Source of the DNA: Nitrospirota bacterium | GTDB lineage: Bacteria > Nitrospirota > UBA9217 | NCBI GenBank assembly: GCA_963751455.1 | Contig: CAVVUN010000002.1 | Location: forward strand, 128,001 to 192,000 | Reading direction: 5' to 3' | Length of the DNA stretch: 64,000 bases | Shown: positions 54,070 to 64,000 of the stretch, in pieces | Layout of the letters: each line of letters opens with the position of its first letter | Numbering within the stretch: the stretch's first letter is position 1 | Made by a program: the position numbers and the translations under genes | Notes under the pieces: model-generated | Databases searched by the model: none | The model's input: the letters and a program-made list of their open reading frames with translations, nothing else | What the model was told of the DNA's origin: nothing

Positions 54070-55050
54070 ATGTTCAATATGACAGCCTATATCGGGATTT
54101 GTCTATTTCTGCTTTCTGCTTGCACTCATAACAGTAAGGCTAATAGTCAAGTTTTTATCGGTGACTTTGTTTATCCGGGCGAATTCTATAGAGGATTTAT
54201 TTATAATCGCATACCTCATGAAAAGCTTCCGCCTGCTGTTATTGGTAAAGATGGATGGTTTTATATACCAAGTGATGTAAATGCCACGTATCGCGGTAAA
54301 TTTTTCTCCGATGCTGAGTTAGCTCAGATGAGGTCTTTTTTCGAGAAATTAAGACGGCATGCCGATTCAAAGGATATCAAGACAATCTTTTTCATGGCGC
54401 CGACTAACCCTTCTATTTATCCGGAATTCTTGACTGAAACGGTAAAGCCTATAGAACTGACGGCGGTTGATCAATTTGTCAATTACTTAGACAATAACGG
54501 GATTATAGATGTTTGTTATCCTAAGGATGAATTGTTAAGCGAGAAATGGAACCACAAGCTTTACTACAAAACGGATCCACATTGGATGGAAATAGGCGCT
54601 TTTTTTGGAATGCAGGAGCTCATGAAGCACGTCTCTAAATGGTTCCCGAGTATTAAACTGCACAAATTTGAAGAGTATAAGATTCTAAAAAAAAGAAGCT
54701 TCGGAGATGTCCTGCCCAAAAGGTCAAACGTAGAGAGTTTCTCTATTGAGGACCGCATTTTTATGAAGTCGCAATTTGTCAAGGATGAGGCATTTTCTCT
54801 TCCTAAAGCCTTGGTTATACATGACTCATATTATTTCCCTGCAGAGAAATTTATTCGGGAAAATTTCAATATTATTTTCAGAATACATCTTCGCTATGAT
54901 GATCCAATTGCATATCACGAAGAAAAAGTAATGACTGAGATCGTGGTCGGGATTGATGCAGAAAAACCTGATATAGTGATTTTTCTGTTTTCAGAGCGCG
55001 GCTATGACCGGCTTTTTAATTGGCGCAATGCAAATAATTACAGTTTATAA
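54070..55050 (+). CDS. AlgX/AlgJ-like O-acetyltransferase (tandem paralog)
   Basis: GKDGWFY, YYKTDPHW, IHDSY. Confidence 0.8.
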   Translation: MFNMTAYIGICLFLLSACTHNSKANSQVFIGDFVYPGEFYRGFIYNRIPHEKLPPAVIGKDGWFYIPSDVNATYRGKFFSDAELAQMRSFFEKLRRHADSKDIKTIFFMAPTNPSIYPEFLTETVKPIELTAVDQFVNYLDNNGIIDVCYPKDELLSEKWNHKLYYKTDPHWMEIGAFFGMQELMKHVSKWFPSIKLHKFEEYKILKKRSFGDVLPKRSNVESFSIEDRIFMKSQFVKDEAFSLPKALVIHDSYYFPAEKFIRENFNIIFRIHLRYDDPIAYHEEKVMTEIVVGIDAEKPDIVIFLFSERGYDRLFNWRNANNYSL

Positions 55051-55645
55051 GATAGGGCTGAAGAATAGCTTCTTCCCGGGTGTTATTCTGCTTATATTCT
55101 TTTTTGTACTAAAGGCAGGTGCCGGAGAAAGTCTCTCCAACTATACTGCCGACATGGTAATTGACGGGGTCAAAACGGAGATAGCCTATCTTGATCGCAT
55201 GATGCTGATAAAAAACCCTCAGGCTGAAGACATCATAAATATCAGCATGCCTGAAGCTAAGAAATTTATCGTGATGTCCACCTCTAATGACACCTACTAT
55301 GAATCGCCCATAAAACCTGATTTCTACGCTCTGGATGTGGTCGTTGAAAAGACAAAAAGGGGCAGTCAGGTCATAGACGGGCACTCCTGCACAAAATACG
55401 AAGGCGTCTTTTACCAAAAAGGCAAGCCTGATGAAAAAAACGAGATGATCGAATGGCAGGCGGACGACTTAGGCGGTCTTGTGATCAAGGTGAAAATGCG
55501 TGATTATCAGGCCGCAAAACAGAATATTGAGGAGTATACAACCATGGAGCTGAAACATATAAAGCCGGGAGAGGCGAAAAAGGAGATGTTTCAGATCCCG
55601 GAATATTATAGGAAAGTTAAGCTGCTGAAGGAGGTCTTAGAATGA
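55004..55645 (+). CDS. DUF4412-like exported protein (start uncertain)
   Basis: IDGHSCTKY, FQIPEYY. Confidence 0.65.
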   Translation: MTGFLIGAMQIITVYKIGLKNSFFPGVILLIFFFVLKAGAGESLSNYTADMVIDGVKTEIAYLDRMMLIKNPQAEDIINISMPEAKKFIVMSTSNDTYYESPIKPDFYALDVVVEKTKRGSQVIDGHSCTKYEGVFYQKGKPDEKNEMIEWQADDLGGLVIKVKMRDYQAAKQNIEEYTTMELKHIKPGEAKKEMFQIPEYYRKVKLLKEVLE

Positions 55646-56190
55646 AGAAAACTCTTATGCTTTTCTGCTTATTCTCCTTCATTACAGCAAATGTCTTTGC
55701 CGAAGATTTAACCGGTTATAAGCAGATCATCGAAAAGACGCTCAAATATCCCAGGGAGGCTGTTTACCCGTTGCCCGCAATCCTCCCGGACCCCACGAAA
55801 ACTGAAGAAGAGAACGTCGAATATATGAATGTGGCAAAGGGGCTCGAAAGGATGGGAGAAGTGATGTTATCCCGCAAGGGGGGGCAGGTCGTCCTCAAGC
55901 CCAGCCAAGGGAACGAGGATGTGATCGGAAGAGAAGAGGATATGAATTACAATGTGGTTGGGTTGAACCTTGTAATGGGCAACTGGTCGATTCAGACGGC
56001 TAACCTCGCTAAGAATGATTCAAAATATGTGGTATCCGGGAAAAAAATATTAAAACCCTCGAGGCTTTATGACAAATTAAGTGCTGTTTTTTCCCACGCA
56101 TCTTTGAAGGAATATTCCACGGCCAACATGAACTGGATAGTAGAGAAAGTCGGGGAAAAATACAGGGTGATCGAGCGATACGCGAAATAA
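55642..56190 (+). CDS. Exported hypothetical protein
   Basis: MKK signal peptide; 4-bp overlap with the upstream gene. Confidence 0.7.
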   Translation: MKKTLMLFCLFSFITANVFAEDLTGYKQIIEKTLKYPREAVYPLPAILPDPTKTEEENVEYMNVAKGLERMGEVMLSRKGGQVVLKPSQGNEDVIGREEDMNYNVVGLNLVMGNWSIQTANLAKNDSKYVVSGKKILKPSRLYDKLSAVFSHASLKEYSTANMNWIVEKVGEKYRVIERYAK

Positions 56191-56219
56191 AAGCCCTGCC
56201 GCTTTTGAAGGAACCGCCA

Positions 56220-57707
56220 ATGCTCTTTAATTCATACGAATACATATTTCTTTTTCTTCCGGTCACTTTGCTTGTTTATTTCGCGCTGAATCTGCTCAAG
56301 AAGACCTATCTTTCGAGAGCATGGCTCATAGTCGCTTCGCTTTTTTTTTACAGCTGGTGGGACATACATAACCTGCCGATAATCCTTGCAAGTATTTGTG
56401 TTAATTATTTCATCGGGTTAAGGATCGTCAATGCCTCCGGTCCTAAAACCCGCAATCTCTTTTTTCTCACAGGGCTTTCTTTCAATGTCCTTCTGCTGAT
56501 GTACTATAAGTACACGGATTTTCTTCTCACCAATATCAACGCAGTCTTTGGAAGCCATTTCGAGCTGCTCCATAAGGCATTGCCTCTGGGCATTAGTTTC
56601 TTCACGATCACCCAGATAGCGTATCTTTTTGACGCGAACAGGCAGACGGCGAGGGAGTACAATTTCGCCAATTACGCGCTCTTTGTTTCTTTCTTTCCGC
56701 ATCTATTGGCAGGTCCAATCCTGCACCATAAGGAGATGATGCCGCAGTTCGACCGGTTGAGGAACAAGGTCTTTAATCCTGAGAACCTTTCCAAGGGACT
56801 GGTGCTTCTCTCGATAGGCATTATCAAAAAAGTGCTCATCGCGGACCATCTCGCGGTCTGGGCCGACAACGGGTTCGACGTTTCGAGCTCGCTCACCATG
56901 GTTGAGGCGTGGATAACCTCCCTCTCATATACCTTCCAGATATATTTTGATTTCTCTGGTTATACTGATATGGCTCTTGGCGCGGCACTGCTGTTCAATA
57001 TTCACTTGCCGCTTAATTTCAACTCTCCATACAAGGCAGTCAATATTCAGGACTTCTGGAGAAGGTGGCACATGACCCTGAGCAGGTTCCTGCGTGATTA
57101 CATTTACATACCTCTTGGGGGCAACAGGAGGACGTCCCTGAGGACCAACCTGAACATATTCATTACCTTTGTAATCGGAGGCATCTGGCACGGTGCCGGG
57201 TGGGGCTTTTTGATCTGGGGGATACTGCATGGCGTTGCCTATATGGTGCATCGCTTCTGGCAGGACATGAACATCAAGGTGGGCCGCTTTTTGGCCATTT
57301 TCCTGACTTTTAATTTTGTCAATCTCACCTGGCTGTTTTTCAGGGCCAAGTCCCTGAAAGATGCTGTTAAGGTTTTGAAAGGCATGTTCGGCCTGAACGG
57401 CTCCGGAATCGAAGATTTCTGGAATTCGTTTTTTTCGTTCCTCGTCTCGGGGATGAGTCTGCTCCAGGAGGAAGAAAAATTCCGGGTCGTCAGTACTCTC
57501 CTTGGTTATCTTCAGGGCTCGGTAGACAAGATATTTGTTCTATTGTTGTGCCTTATTGTCTGTCTTTTCGCGAAGAATTCGAACGAAAGGGTCAGGGAGT
57601 TTATTCCCTCGTGGAACACGGCGTTCATGTTTGCACTTGGCACGATTTTCGCTATTTTGGCTATAAAAATAGATGCGCCCGCGAAATTTCTCTATTTTGA
57701 TTTTTAA
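56220..57707 (+). CDS. MBOAT O-acyltransferase (AlgI/DltB-like)
   Basis: LPLGISFFT, DFSGYTDMA, FWRRWH, WHG. Confidence 0.93.
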   Translation: MLFNSYEYIFLFLPVTLLVYFALNLLKKTYLSRAWLIVASLFFYSWWDIHNLPIILASICVNYFIGLRIVNASGPKTRNLFFLTGLSFNVLLLMYYKYTDFLLTNINAVFGSHFELLHKALPLGISFFTITQIAYLFDANRQTAREYNFANYALFVSFFPHLLAGPILHHKEMMPQFDRLRNKVFNPENLSKGLVLLSIGIIKKVLIADHLAVWADNGFDVSSSLTMVEAWITSLSYTFQIYFDFSGYTDMALGAALLFNIHLPLNFNSPYKAVNIQDFWRRWHMTLSRFLRDYIYIPLGGNRRTSLRTNLNIFITFVIGGIWHGAGWGFLIWGILHGVAYMVHRFWQDMNIKVGRFLAIFLTFNFVNLTWLFFRAKSLKDAVKVLKGMFGLNGSGIEDFWNSFFSFLVSGMSLLQEEEKFRVVSTLLGYLQGSVDKIFVLLLCLIVCLFAKNSNERVREFIPSWNTAFMFALGTIFAILAIKIDAPAKFLYFDF

Positions 57708-57711
57708 AAAA

Positions 57712-58827
57712 ATGAAATCACGAAGAATATACGCCAGATGGTCTCTCCTGTATTCCGGGTTAATATTGCTGCCTTTTTTCTTTAATCTTGTTATTGACCC
57801 TTATGGCTACTTTCAGGTTGTCGACATCGCTCGTCTTAACAGCAATAAATCCGAAGTGCTCTCCGAGTATTCGACCAAGTATTACTTTGTGAGCCGCGCA
57901 AAGCCTGACGTGCTGATGCTTGGCACATCGAGGATGTTGACCCATGATCCTCACGATGTTCAGAAATACACGGGAGGCAGGGCATATAATCTGGCCTTAT
58001 CGGGTTCCAATATGTACGAGCAATATGAGTATCTGAAATATATGACCGATAACGATCCTATCCGTTACGTGGTGATGGGGCTGGATTTTTTTTCCTTCAA
58101 CCCTGATAACAAAAATAAGCCGGGGTTCGTGAGAAAGCGATTCGATGGTTTCTATTACAGAGATTATGTGGACGGACTTATCGGGATTGAGACTTTGAAG
58201 GCAAGCGTTCTGACACTGAAGAACAGTATGCTTGATTCCTGCACTTCAATGAACTACAAGGAGGGATACACCACATGGTGCAGCAGGGAAAAGGCCGTCA
58301 CGGATGCGGGAGAAGGCGTTATACTCAGGGCGATGAAAAGCTCCCTGAAGACTTTCTCAACTGACAAGGCAGCATACAACTCTGAGAAATTCAGGAAGCC
58401 GGATTCCATTGCAGACAATCTGGCTTATTTTAAAAAAATTGTGGAGCTTTGTTACTCTAAAGGAATAATGCTCAAGGTTTACATCAGCCCGATTTACGAG
58501 GCCCAGTTCGATCTCATTCATGCGATGGGCCTTGGCGATTCGTACGGCGGCTGGAAGAGAGAGATAGCGCGTCTCGTAGATTTTTACGATTTTACGGGAC
58601 GGAACTCCGTTACGGTTAATAAAGACCTCTGGTGGGACAGCTCCCATATCAGAAAGGAGGGCGGCAAAATTATCTTTGCCCGCCTCTTTGAGGACAAAAA
58701 GACGGAACTGCCGCCGGATTTTGGCGTCCATGTTTCATCTGAAAATATTGAGGAGCATATTAGGTCTCTTGCTCTACAGGTTGAAAAGAAGGATTTGTCC
58801 GATATCCTGGAGCTAAACGGGTATTGA
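57712..58827 (+). CDS. SGNH-like periplasmic partner of the MBOAT
   Basis: DPYG, LGTSR, DSSH. Confidence 0.75.
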   Translation: MKSRRIYARWSLLYSGLILLPFFFNLVIDPYGYFQVVDIARLNSNKSEVLSEYSTKYYFVSRAKPDVLMLGTSRMLTHDPHDVQKYTGGRAYNLALSGSNMYEQYEYLKYMTDNDPIRYVVMGLDFFSFNPDNKNKPGFVRKRFDGFYYRDYVDGLIGIETLKASVLTLKNSMLDSCTSMNYKEGYTTWCSREKAVTDAGEGVILRAMKSSLKTFSTDKAAYNSEKFRKPDSIADNLAYFKKIVELCYSKGIMLKVYISPIYEAQFDLIHAMGLGDSYGGWKREIARLVDFYDFTGRNSVTVNKDLWWDSSHIRKEGGKIIFARLFEDKKTELPPDFGVHVSSENIEEHIRSLALQVEKKDLSDILELNGY

Positions 58828-58901
58828 TTTTTTCTTCGTTTTCTATATACTAACCGCATGAAAATTTATCGCCACCCTATTTACGTGGAGTTTATCAGAG
58901 C

Positions 58902-59375
58902 ATGTTTACTGCATTCCTTGAAGATGTGACGGTTTGGCAGCCCGTTTTGCAGCATCGTGTGTTGAGAAAGTCTCTTGCGTGGCTTGAAAAAAATGCGGCG
59001 ATTGCCGAGCTCGGCAACCATTTGTTGGGCGAGTCTGACTGGTATGCGAATGTGCATGGTTATACAACCTTGCCCGAGGCTGAGTGTAGATGGGAAAATC
59101 ACACGAAAACTGTCGACATCCAATATCTGGTCGCCGGCAGCGAAGGGATAAGATGGACCGCCTCACGACGACTGGGGACCCCGAACCGCTATACCGAAGA
59201 AAAGGACCGGGAGGAGTTCGATGCATCGTATTGCACGTCCCTTTTGCATCTGCAGCCCGGCATGTTTGCCATATTTCTGCCGGGCGATGCCCACTGTCCG
59301 AAAATCACATTGTCGAAGCCTGAGAACTTACGAAAAGTCGTGGTGAAGATTCCGGTGCGCTTGCTCAAGCAATAA
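58902..59375 (+). CDS. YhcH/YjgK/YiaL (NanQ-like) sugar isomerase family
   Basis: WENH...DIQY...G.E, FAIFLPGDAHCP, KVVVK. Confidence 0.88.
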   Translation: MFTAFLEDVTVWQPVLQHRVLRKSLAWLEKNAAIAELGNHLLGESDWYANVHGYTTLPEAECRWENHTKTVDIQYLVAGSEGIRWTASRRLGTPNRYTEEKDREEFDASYCTSLLHLQPGMFAIFLPGDAHCPKITLSKPENLRKVVVKIPVRLLKQ

Positions 59376-59426
59376 ATGACCGATCCGTTATCTGCCGATG
59401 AGATTTAAAAGGAGCATTTTATATCC

Positions 59427-60179
59427 ATGAATATAGATTTCACCGGCCAGACCGTTCTTGTTACCGGCGCTACCCGAGGCATTGGAGCTGCAATTTCAAC
59501 TGCCTTTGAAGCAGCCGGCGCATCGTTGCTCCTTACCGGGACAGATCAGAAGCAGATTGACGAATTGAACCGGCGCAACGCCCAACAGGGCAGGCAAAAT
59601 GTTTGCTGGTTGCAGGCTGATTTCTCATCAGCGGCATCAATAGCATCATTTCTTGAACTGATTGCGCAGAGGTCCCCCATACACGTGCTGATCAACAACG
59701 CCGGCACCAACCGTATCAACCTGATCGATGAGATCCGCGCCGAGGACCTTGATATGCTGCTCTCTATTAACCTGCGCGCCCCTCTCCTGTTATGCAAGGC
59801 AGCAAGCCGGATCATGAAAGAGATGCATTATGGCCGTATTGTAAACATTGCCTCGATATGGAGTGTAATTACCAAACCCGGACGAGTGGTCTATTCTGCA
59901 ACCAAATCGGGATTAGCCGGCATGACCAGGTCGGTTGCTGTCGATTTGGCGCCATACGGCATTCTGGTTAATGCCGTGTCGCCGGGATTTGTTAATACTG
60001 AGTTGACGTATTCTTCGCTGCCCGCCGAGGAGAGAGAGAAGATAGCCGGCCAGGTGCCGCTAGGCCGGTTTGCCGACCCTGAAGAAATCGCGCGCATGGT
60101 GTTGTTCCTCTCAAGCAACATGAATTCTTACCTGACGGGGCAGAACATTGTGGTTGATGGAGGGTTTGCGTGCGTTTAA
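59427..60179 (+). CDS. SDR family oxidoreductase
   Basis: TGATRGIG, NNAG, YSATK. Confidence 0.93.
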   Translation: MNIDFTGQTVLVTGATRGIGAAISTAFEAAGASLLLTGTDQKQIDELNRRNAQQGRQNVCWLQADFSSAASIASFLELIAQRSPIHVLINNAGTNRINLIDEIRAEDLDMLLSINLRAPLLLCKAASRIMKEMHYGRIVNIASIWSVITKPGRVVYSATKSGLAGMTRSVAVDLAPYGILVNAVSPGFVNTELTYSSLPAEEREKIAGQVPLGRFADPEEIARMVLFLSSNMNSYLTGQNIVVDGGFACV

Positions 60180-61288
60180 AAAGCTTAAAGGTGCAATCGT
60201 ACAAGCATACTTATGAAGTGCGATTTGAAGAGGATTTCGCCGCAGCTTTGAAGGAACGCCTTATGCCCGGCGATGTGATTACGGTGGATGCCACGGTCTT
60301 GAAGCTGTACCATGAACGACTTGCTCCCGTACTGAAAGCGGCCCGTCACTTTGTTGTAGAACCCTCGGAAGATCAGAAAAGCTATCAGGGGATAGAACCG
60401 CTTATCGACCATCTCATAGAATCCGGATTTCGCAAAAATAACCGTTTGATTGCAATTGGGGGAGGCATTACCCAGGATATTACCGCTTTCACCGCTTCAA
60501 TTCTATTTCGAGGCGTGGACTGGTATTTTTTTCCTACCACCCTCCTTGCGCAATGCGATAGCTGTATCGGCAGCAAGACGTCGATCAATTTCGGGAAAAG
60601 TAAAAATCAACTCGGGAATTTTTATCCGCCAAAAGAGATTGTAATCGATCCTGGTTTTCTTGAAACCTTGTCTCCCCTGGATTTTCGCTCCGGGATGGGA
60701 GAGATGCTGCATTACTATCTGGTTTCCGGCGAGGAAGATTTTCAGCGGATGCTCCGTGAATATGACAGGGCGTTCGAAGACAGGGCAGTGCTGCACGAGC
60801 TCATTTATCACAGCTTGGATTTCAAGCGCAGTTACGTGGAACGTGATGAATTCGATCAAGGCCCTCGCAATGTCTTCAATTATGGTCATTCCTTCGGGCA
60901 CGCGATTGAAACATTGACCGATTATACGGTACCCCACGGCATTGCCGTATCCATCGGCATGGACATGGCAAATTATCTCTCCGTAAAACTGGGATATATC
61001 AGCAATGAACTATATGGCCGAATGCATGCGTTGCTCAGGAAAAACTGGGGTAATATACGGCTGTCCGACATCGCAGTGAATGATTTTATTCAGGCGCTGG
61101 CAAAAGATAAAAAAGCTGTCGGTTCCGAACTCAGGGTAATTCTTACCAGGGGGATCGGACAGATGTTCAAAACGCCGCTTCCTGTAACGCCTGAAGTTGC
61201 CGCCTGGCTTACCGAATACTTTGCGGAGTTCGATCGCCTGGCTCAGAGCAAATCCGCTGGCGAGCGATCCACTTTTCAGATCACGTGA
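60170..61288 (+). CDS. AroB-related sugar-phosphate cyclase
   Basis: GGGITQD, PTTLLAQCDS, KNQLG, NYGHSFGHAIE, HG. Confidence 0.88.
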   Translation: MRLKSLKVQSYKHTYEVRFEEDFAAALKERLMPGDVITVDATVLKLYHERLAPVLKAARHFVVEPSEDQKSYQGIEPLIDHLIESGFRKNNRLIAIGGGITQDITAFTASILFRGVDWYFFPTTLLAQCDSCIGSKTSINFGKSKNQLGNFYPPKEIVIDPGFLETLSPLDFRSGMGEMLHYYLVSGEEDFQRMLREYDRAFEDRAVLHELIYHSLDFKRSYVERDEFDQGPRNVFNYGHSFGHAIETLTDYTVPHGIAVSIGMDMANYLSVKLGYISNELYGRMHALLRKNWGNIRLSDIAVNDFIQALAKDKKAVGSELRVILTRGIGQMFKTPLPVTPEVAAWLTEYFAEFDRLAQSKSAGERSTFQIT

Positions 61289-61327
61289 TTTTCCGCAAAT
61301 TTAACAAGAGGAGGGTTTTTTAATTCT

Positions 61328-62107
61328 ATGCATGATGTGGCCGCTATGATCCCCGTTCTGCTCGGCAGCACGCGTGTGCCTGATAAAAATATTATTCTGG
61401 TGGATGGCAAGGTCTTATGCGCGTATACCATTGAAGCCTGTAAGACTTCCGGGGTTTTCAGTTCCATCCATCTGAATTCGGAAGGCGAGATATTCAGATC
61501 CATTGCCGAACAGGAATCGGTCATGTTTCATAAGCGTCCGCCGGAGCGGGGTGGAAGCGCCTGTCGCCAGAAAACCAAATCCCGCGATTGCGCAGGGAAG
61601 CGCTGTGTAATCAACGAGCATTATTTATATGACTTCATGACCAGCGGCACACAGGCCGAATACGTCTGCCAGGTAAACGCCACTTCGCCCTTGATAAGAC
61701 CGGAAACCATAAAAGCCTTTGTGCAGACATTACAGCAGGGCGATTATGACAGTCTGTTCGCCACGCTCGAGATACGGGCGGAAAGTTTTTTCGGCGGGAA
61801 ACCTGTTTCTTTTTCAAGAAAATATAAGCGTCCTTCAAACGAATTAGAACCGATTTCTGCTTTTTGCTGGGCAATAGCCGGCTGGCGTCGACAGGCGTTT
61901 ATTGATGCCTACGATGCCGATGACCCTGATAAGGATGGCCCCGCGTTTGTCGGAAAACTGGGGCTGTTTCCTATTGATGAGCGGGAAGCCCTGGATATCG
62001 ATCAATGGAGTACCCTCGACGTTGTTGAAAAATTTCTGATCGCCCGGAGAACGAAAGCGGCGCGAACCTGGAACTATATTGACGGCCGCACCATTACACG
62101 GTCATAG
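61328..62107 (+). CDS. NeuA/KdsB-like cytidylyltransferase
   Basis: GSTRVPDKN, TSPL, LDID. Confidence 0.82.
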   Translation: MHDVAAMIPVLLGSTRVPDKNIILVDGKVLCAYTIEACKTSGVFSSIHLNSEGEIFRSIAEQESVMFHKRPPERGGSACRQKTKSRDCAGKRCVINEHYLYDFMTSGTQAEYVCQVNATSPLIRPETIKAFVQTLQQGDYDSLFATLEIRAESFFGGKPVSFSRKYKRPSNELEPISAFCWAIAGWRRQAFIDAYDADDPDKDGPAFVGKLGLFPIDEREALDIDQWSTLDVVEKFLIARRTKAARTWNYIDGRTITRS

Positions 62108-62257
62108 CAATGCTTTGTCAGACCCGTCTTTTGAGGGCTGCGAGGTGCGGATAGCAGGCATTATCGTAATATCGAGGGGCAGAACAGTGTCCTGATAGAA
62201 AAAAATTGTCAATTTTAGTGCAAAACTAATGGTAGAATATGGCGCAGAAGGTCTGAT

Positions 62258-63064
62258 ATGAAAATATGGATGAACACAAATACCCTCGACGGTTATATTG
62301 ACGATCTGGAAAAGACTGCTGATCCAGCCGATGCGGAGATCGCCCTTCTCGGGAGCAAGAAAATGGATCTTCAGCGGTTTCCCAATCTTAAAGGCATTTT
62401 CCGCGCGGGCGTTGGAAAGGACAATGTGCCGGTCAGTGAAGCAGAGAAACGAGGGATCGCGGTCGGTTTCCCTTCGCAGTCTACGATAGAGATAATCTAT
62501 AATGAAACTGCCGCATTTACCTGCGGATTAATTTTTCGAATGGCGTATTCCAATGTGGGAACGCTCACTCCATGGCTAAAAGTGCCGAGGACGGCCTTTA
62601 GCAACCTGAACCTGCTGGTTATCGGCAAAGGCAACATAGGGGGCAGAGTGATAAAGCTGATGCAGCCTTTTTTAAAGGTGAGGTCTTTTGATCTCTGCGA
62701 AAATGGAGAAAATGAACTAAAGGCGCTTGTACTTGAAGCCGACATAATAACCCTGCATATTCCATTGAACGCCCAGACGAGGAATTTCATCGAGGAGGAA
62801 AAGCTTTCCTGGATGAAAGAAGGCTCCATTCTTATCAACGCGGCCCGCGGTCCTATCGTATCTGAAGATGCTCTGTATAGTGCGATCGAAAGAGGGCGCC
62901 TGCGGGCGGCTTTCGATGTTTATTGGGAGGAGCCCTATGAAGGCAAACTCAAGAAGTTCTATCCCGAAAGGTTCCACATGACACCTCATGTGGCCAGCAC
63001 ATGCGCTACCTTTCTTGAGGAGACAGCAAAGGATCTTCACAACTTTATTGAAAGGATTGGATGA
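62258..63064 (+). CDS. D-isomer 2-hydroxyacid dehydrogenase
   Basis: G.GNIG, LHIP, INAARG, DVY..EP, TPHVA. Confidence 0.88.
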   Translation: MKIWMNTNTLDGYIDDLEKTADPADAEIALLGSKKMDLQRFPNLKGIFRAGVGKDNVPVSEAEKRGIAVGFPSQSTIEIIYNETAAFTCGLIFRMAYSNVGTLTPWLKVPRTAFSNLNLLVIGKGNIGGRVIKLMQPFLKVRSFDLCENGENELKALVLEADIITLHIPLNAQTRNFIEEEKLSWMKEGSILINAARGPIVSEDALYSAIERGRLRAAFDVYWEEPYEGKLKKFYPERFHMTPHVASTCATFLEETAKDLHNFIERIG

Positions 63065-63065
63065 T

Positions 63066-64000
63066 ATGACCTACAAGCATACCATAAGCACGGACGATAT
63101 TACGGATATCATGATCCACCCCGAGCCTGTTTTTGGCGATCTGAAAGCGCGGTGGAAAGAGTACCTTTATGAAAAAAGCACCGAGGAAGACTGGACATCT
63201 GTGAAGCGCTGCATTGCGTGTGATGGAGATGACATCAGGCCTTTTTTCCTTATATGGAATTATCGGTATGATCGTTGTCGCAATTGCGCATCGGTATTTC
63301 TCAATCCGCAGCCTGCGGAAGCACTCCATTCAAAGGCATTCTACAAGTCTCCAGTCTCTCAACTTATAAACTCGTCTGCATATCAGAATTATCAGGCGAC
63401 CCGTTTTCAAAAAGTGATAAAACCTCTTCTCTCCGAATTAATAAAAACTGCAAAAAAAGAGCGTCTCCAGGTGCTTGAAGTCTTCGGAAGAAATGCCCAT
63501 GTCAGGGACTATCTCCTCAAAGAGAAAAAGGTGGAGAAATTTCTCAGGTATGCCGCGCCCCTGGATGACGAAACCGGCGGTTCCGTGCGCATTAAAACGC
63601 TCGAGAGCGTCGCTGACGGTTCATCGGATCTGATCTTGCTTTTCATGTGTGTGGAGCAAATGCTGTCACCTCGCGCAATGTTTGAGTCGCTTGCCCGGAA
63701 GCTTGCTCATGGAGGTCTTCTGGTCGTTCTTTCGAGACTCGGGAGCGGATTGGATGTTCAGGTGCTTCGCGGCGATCATCCCTCCATCTTCCCCCTGGAA
63801 CACATTAATCTCTTTTCCGTTGAAGGGTACGAGCACCTCTGCAAAAAAGCGAATCTTGACATCCTTGAGTTGAGCACTCCGGGACTTCTGGATGCCGGCT
63901 ATCTTCAGCGATATTATCAAGAACATCCTGAAGATAATAATTTGTTTTCTTATATATTCAACCATCGTTCAGCTGCGGATATCCAGAAATTTCAGCAGTT
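63066..64000 (+). CDS. Methyltransferase-like protein with an N-terminal CxxC...CxxC zinc motif (runs off the window)
   Basis: Open frame MTYKHTIST...CIAC...CRNCASVFLNPQP...PLEHINLFS; absent from the ORF track. Confidence 0.8.
   Translation, partial: MTYKHTISTDDITDIMIHPEPVFGDLKARWKEYLYEKSTEEDWTSVKRCIACDGDDIRPFFLIWNYRYDRCRNCASVFLNPQPAEALHSKAFYKSPVSQLINSSAYQNYQATRFQKVIKPLLSELIKTAKKERLQVLEVFGRNAHVRDYLLKEKKVEKFLRYAAPLDDETGGSVRIKTLESVADGSSDLILLFMCVEQMLSPRAMFESLARKLAHGGLLVVLSRLGSGLDVQVLRGDHPSIFPLEHINLFSVEGYEHLCKKANLDILELSTPGLLDAGYLQRYYQEHPEDNNLFSYIFNHRSAADIQKFQQ

Overview
Bacterial chromosomal window with no rRNA, tRNA or CRISPR detected. The gene set suggests a Nitrospirota/Desulfobacterota-like organism (inference). 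Several indel frameshifts hit conserved genes (leuS, holA, selD, an RluA-family gene) and are probably sequencing errors. Left to right: (1) a selenium locus (ArsR, small selenoprotein, SAM methyltransferase, Sec-containing SelD, TauE/SafE exporter); (2) TfoX, LysR and a deleted, MITE-interrupted FixC/ETF remnant; (3) housekeeping genes (rpsU, RRM protein, der, leuS, lptE, holA, rpsT, murJ, ogt, guaB), where ogt has UGA plus a SECIS-like hairpin at the catalytic Cys; (4) an accessory block with IS481, a SNF2 helicase and clustered toxin-antitoxin genes; (5) an ~30 kb surface-glycan locus (FG-GAP/CARDB surface protein, cysC, wzm/wzt, methyl- and sulfotransferases, coiled-coil glycosyltransferases, AlgI/AlgJ-like O-acylation genes, and an AroB-like cyclase/SDR/cytidylyltransferase module). 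The ORF track misses three UGA-recoded selenoproteins. Many intergenic spacers hold nested inverted pairs of 7-, 8- and 9-nt periodic arrays, REPs and MITE-like shells; one heptamer pair encloses an internally deleted four-helix-bundle gene.
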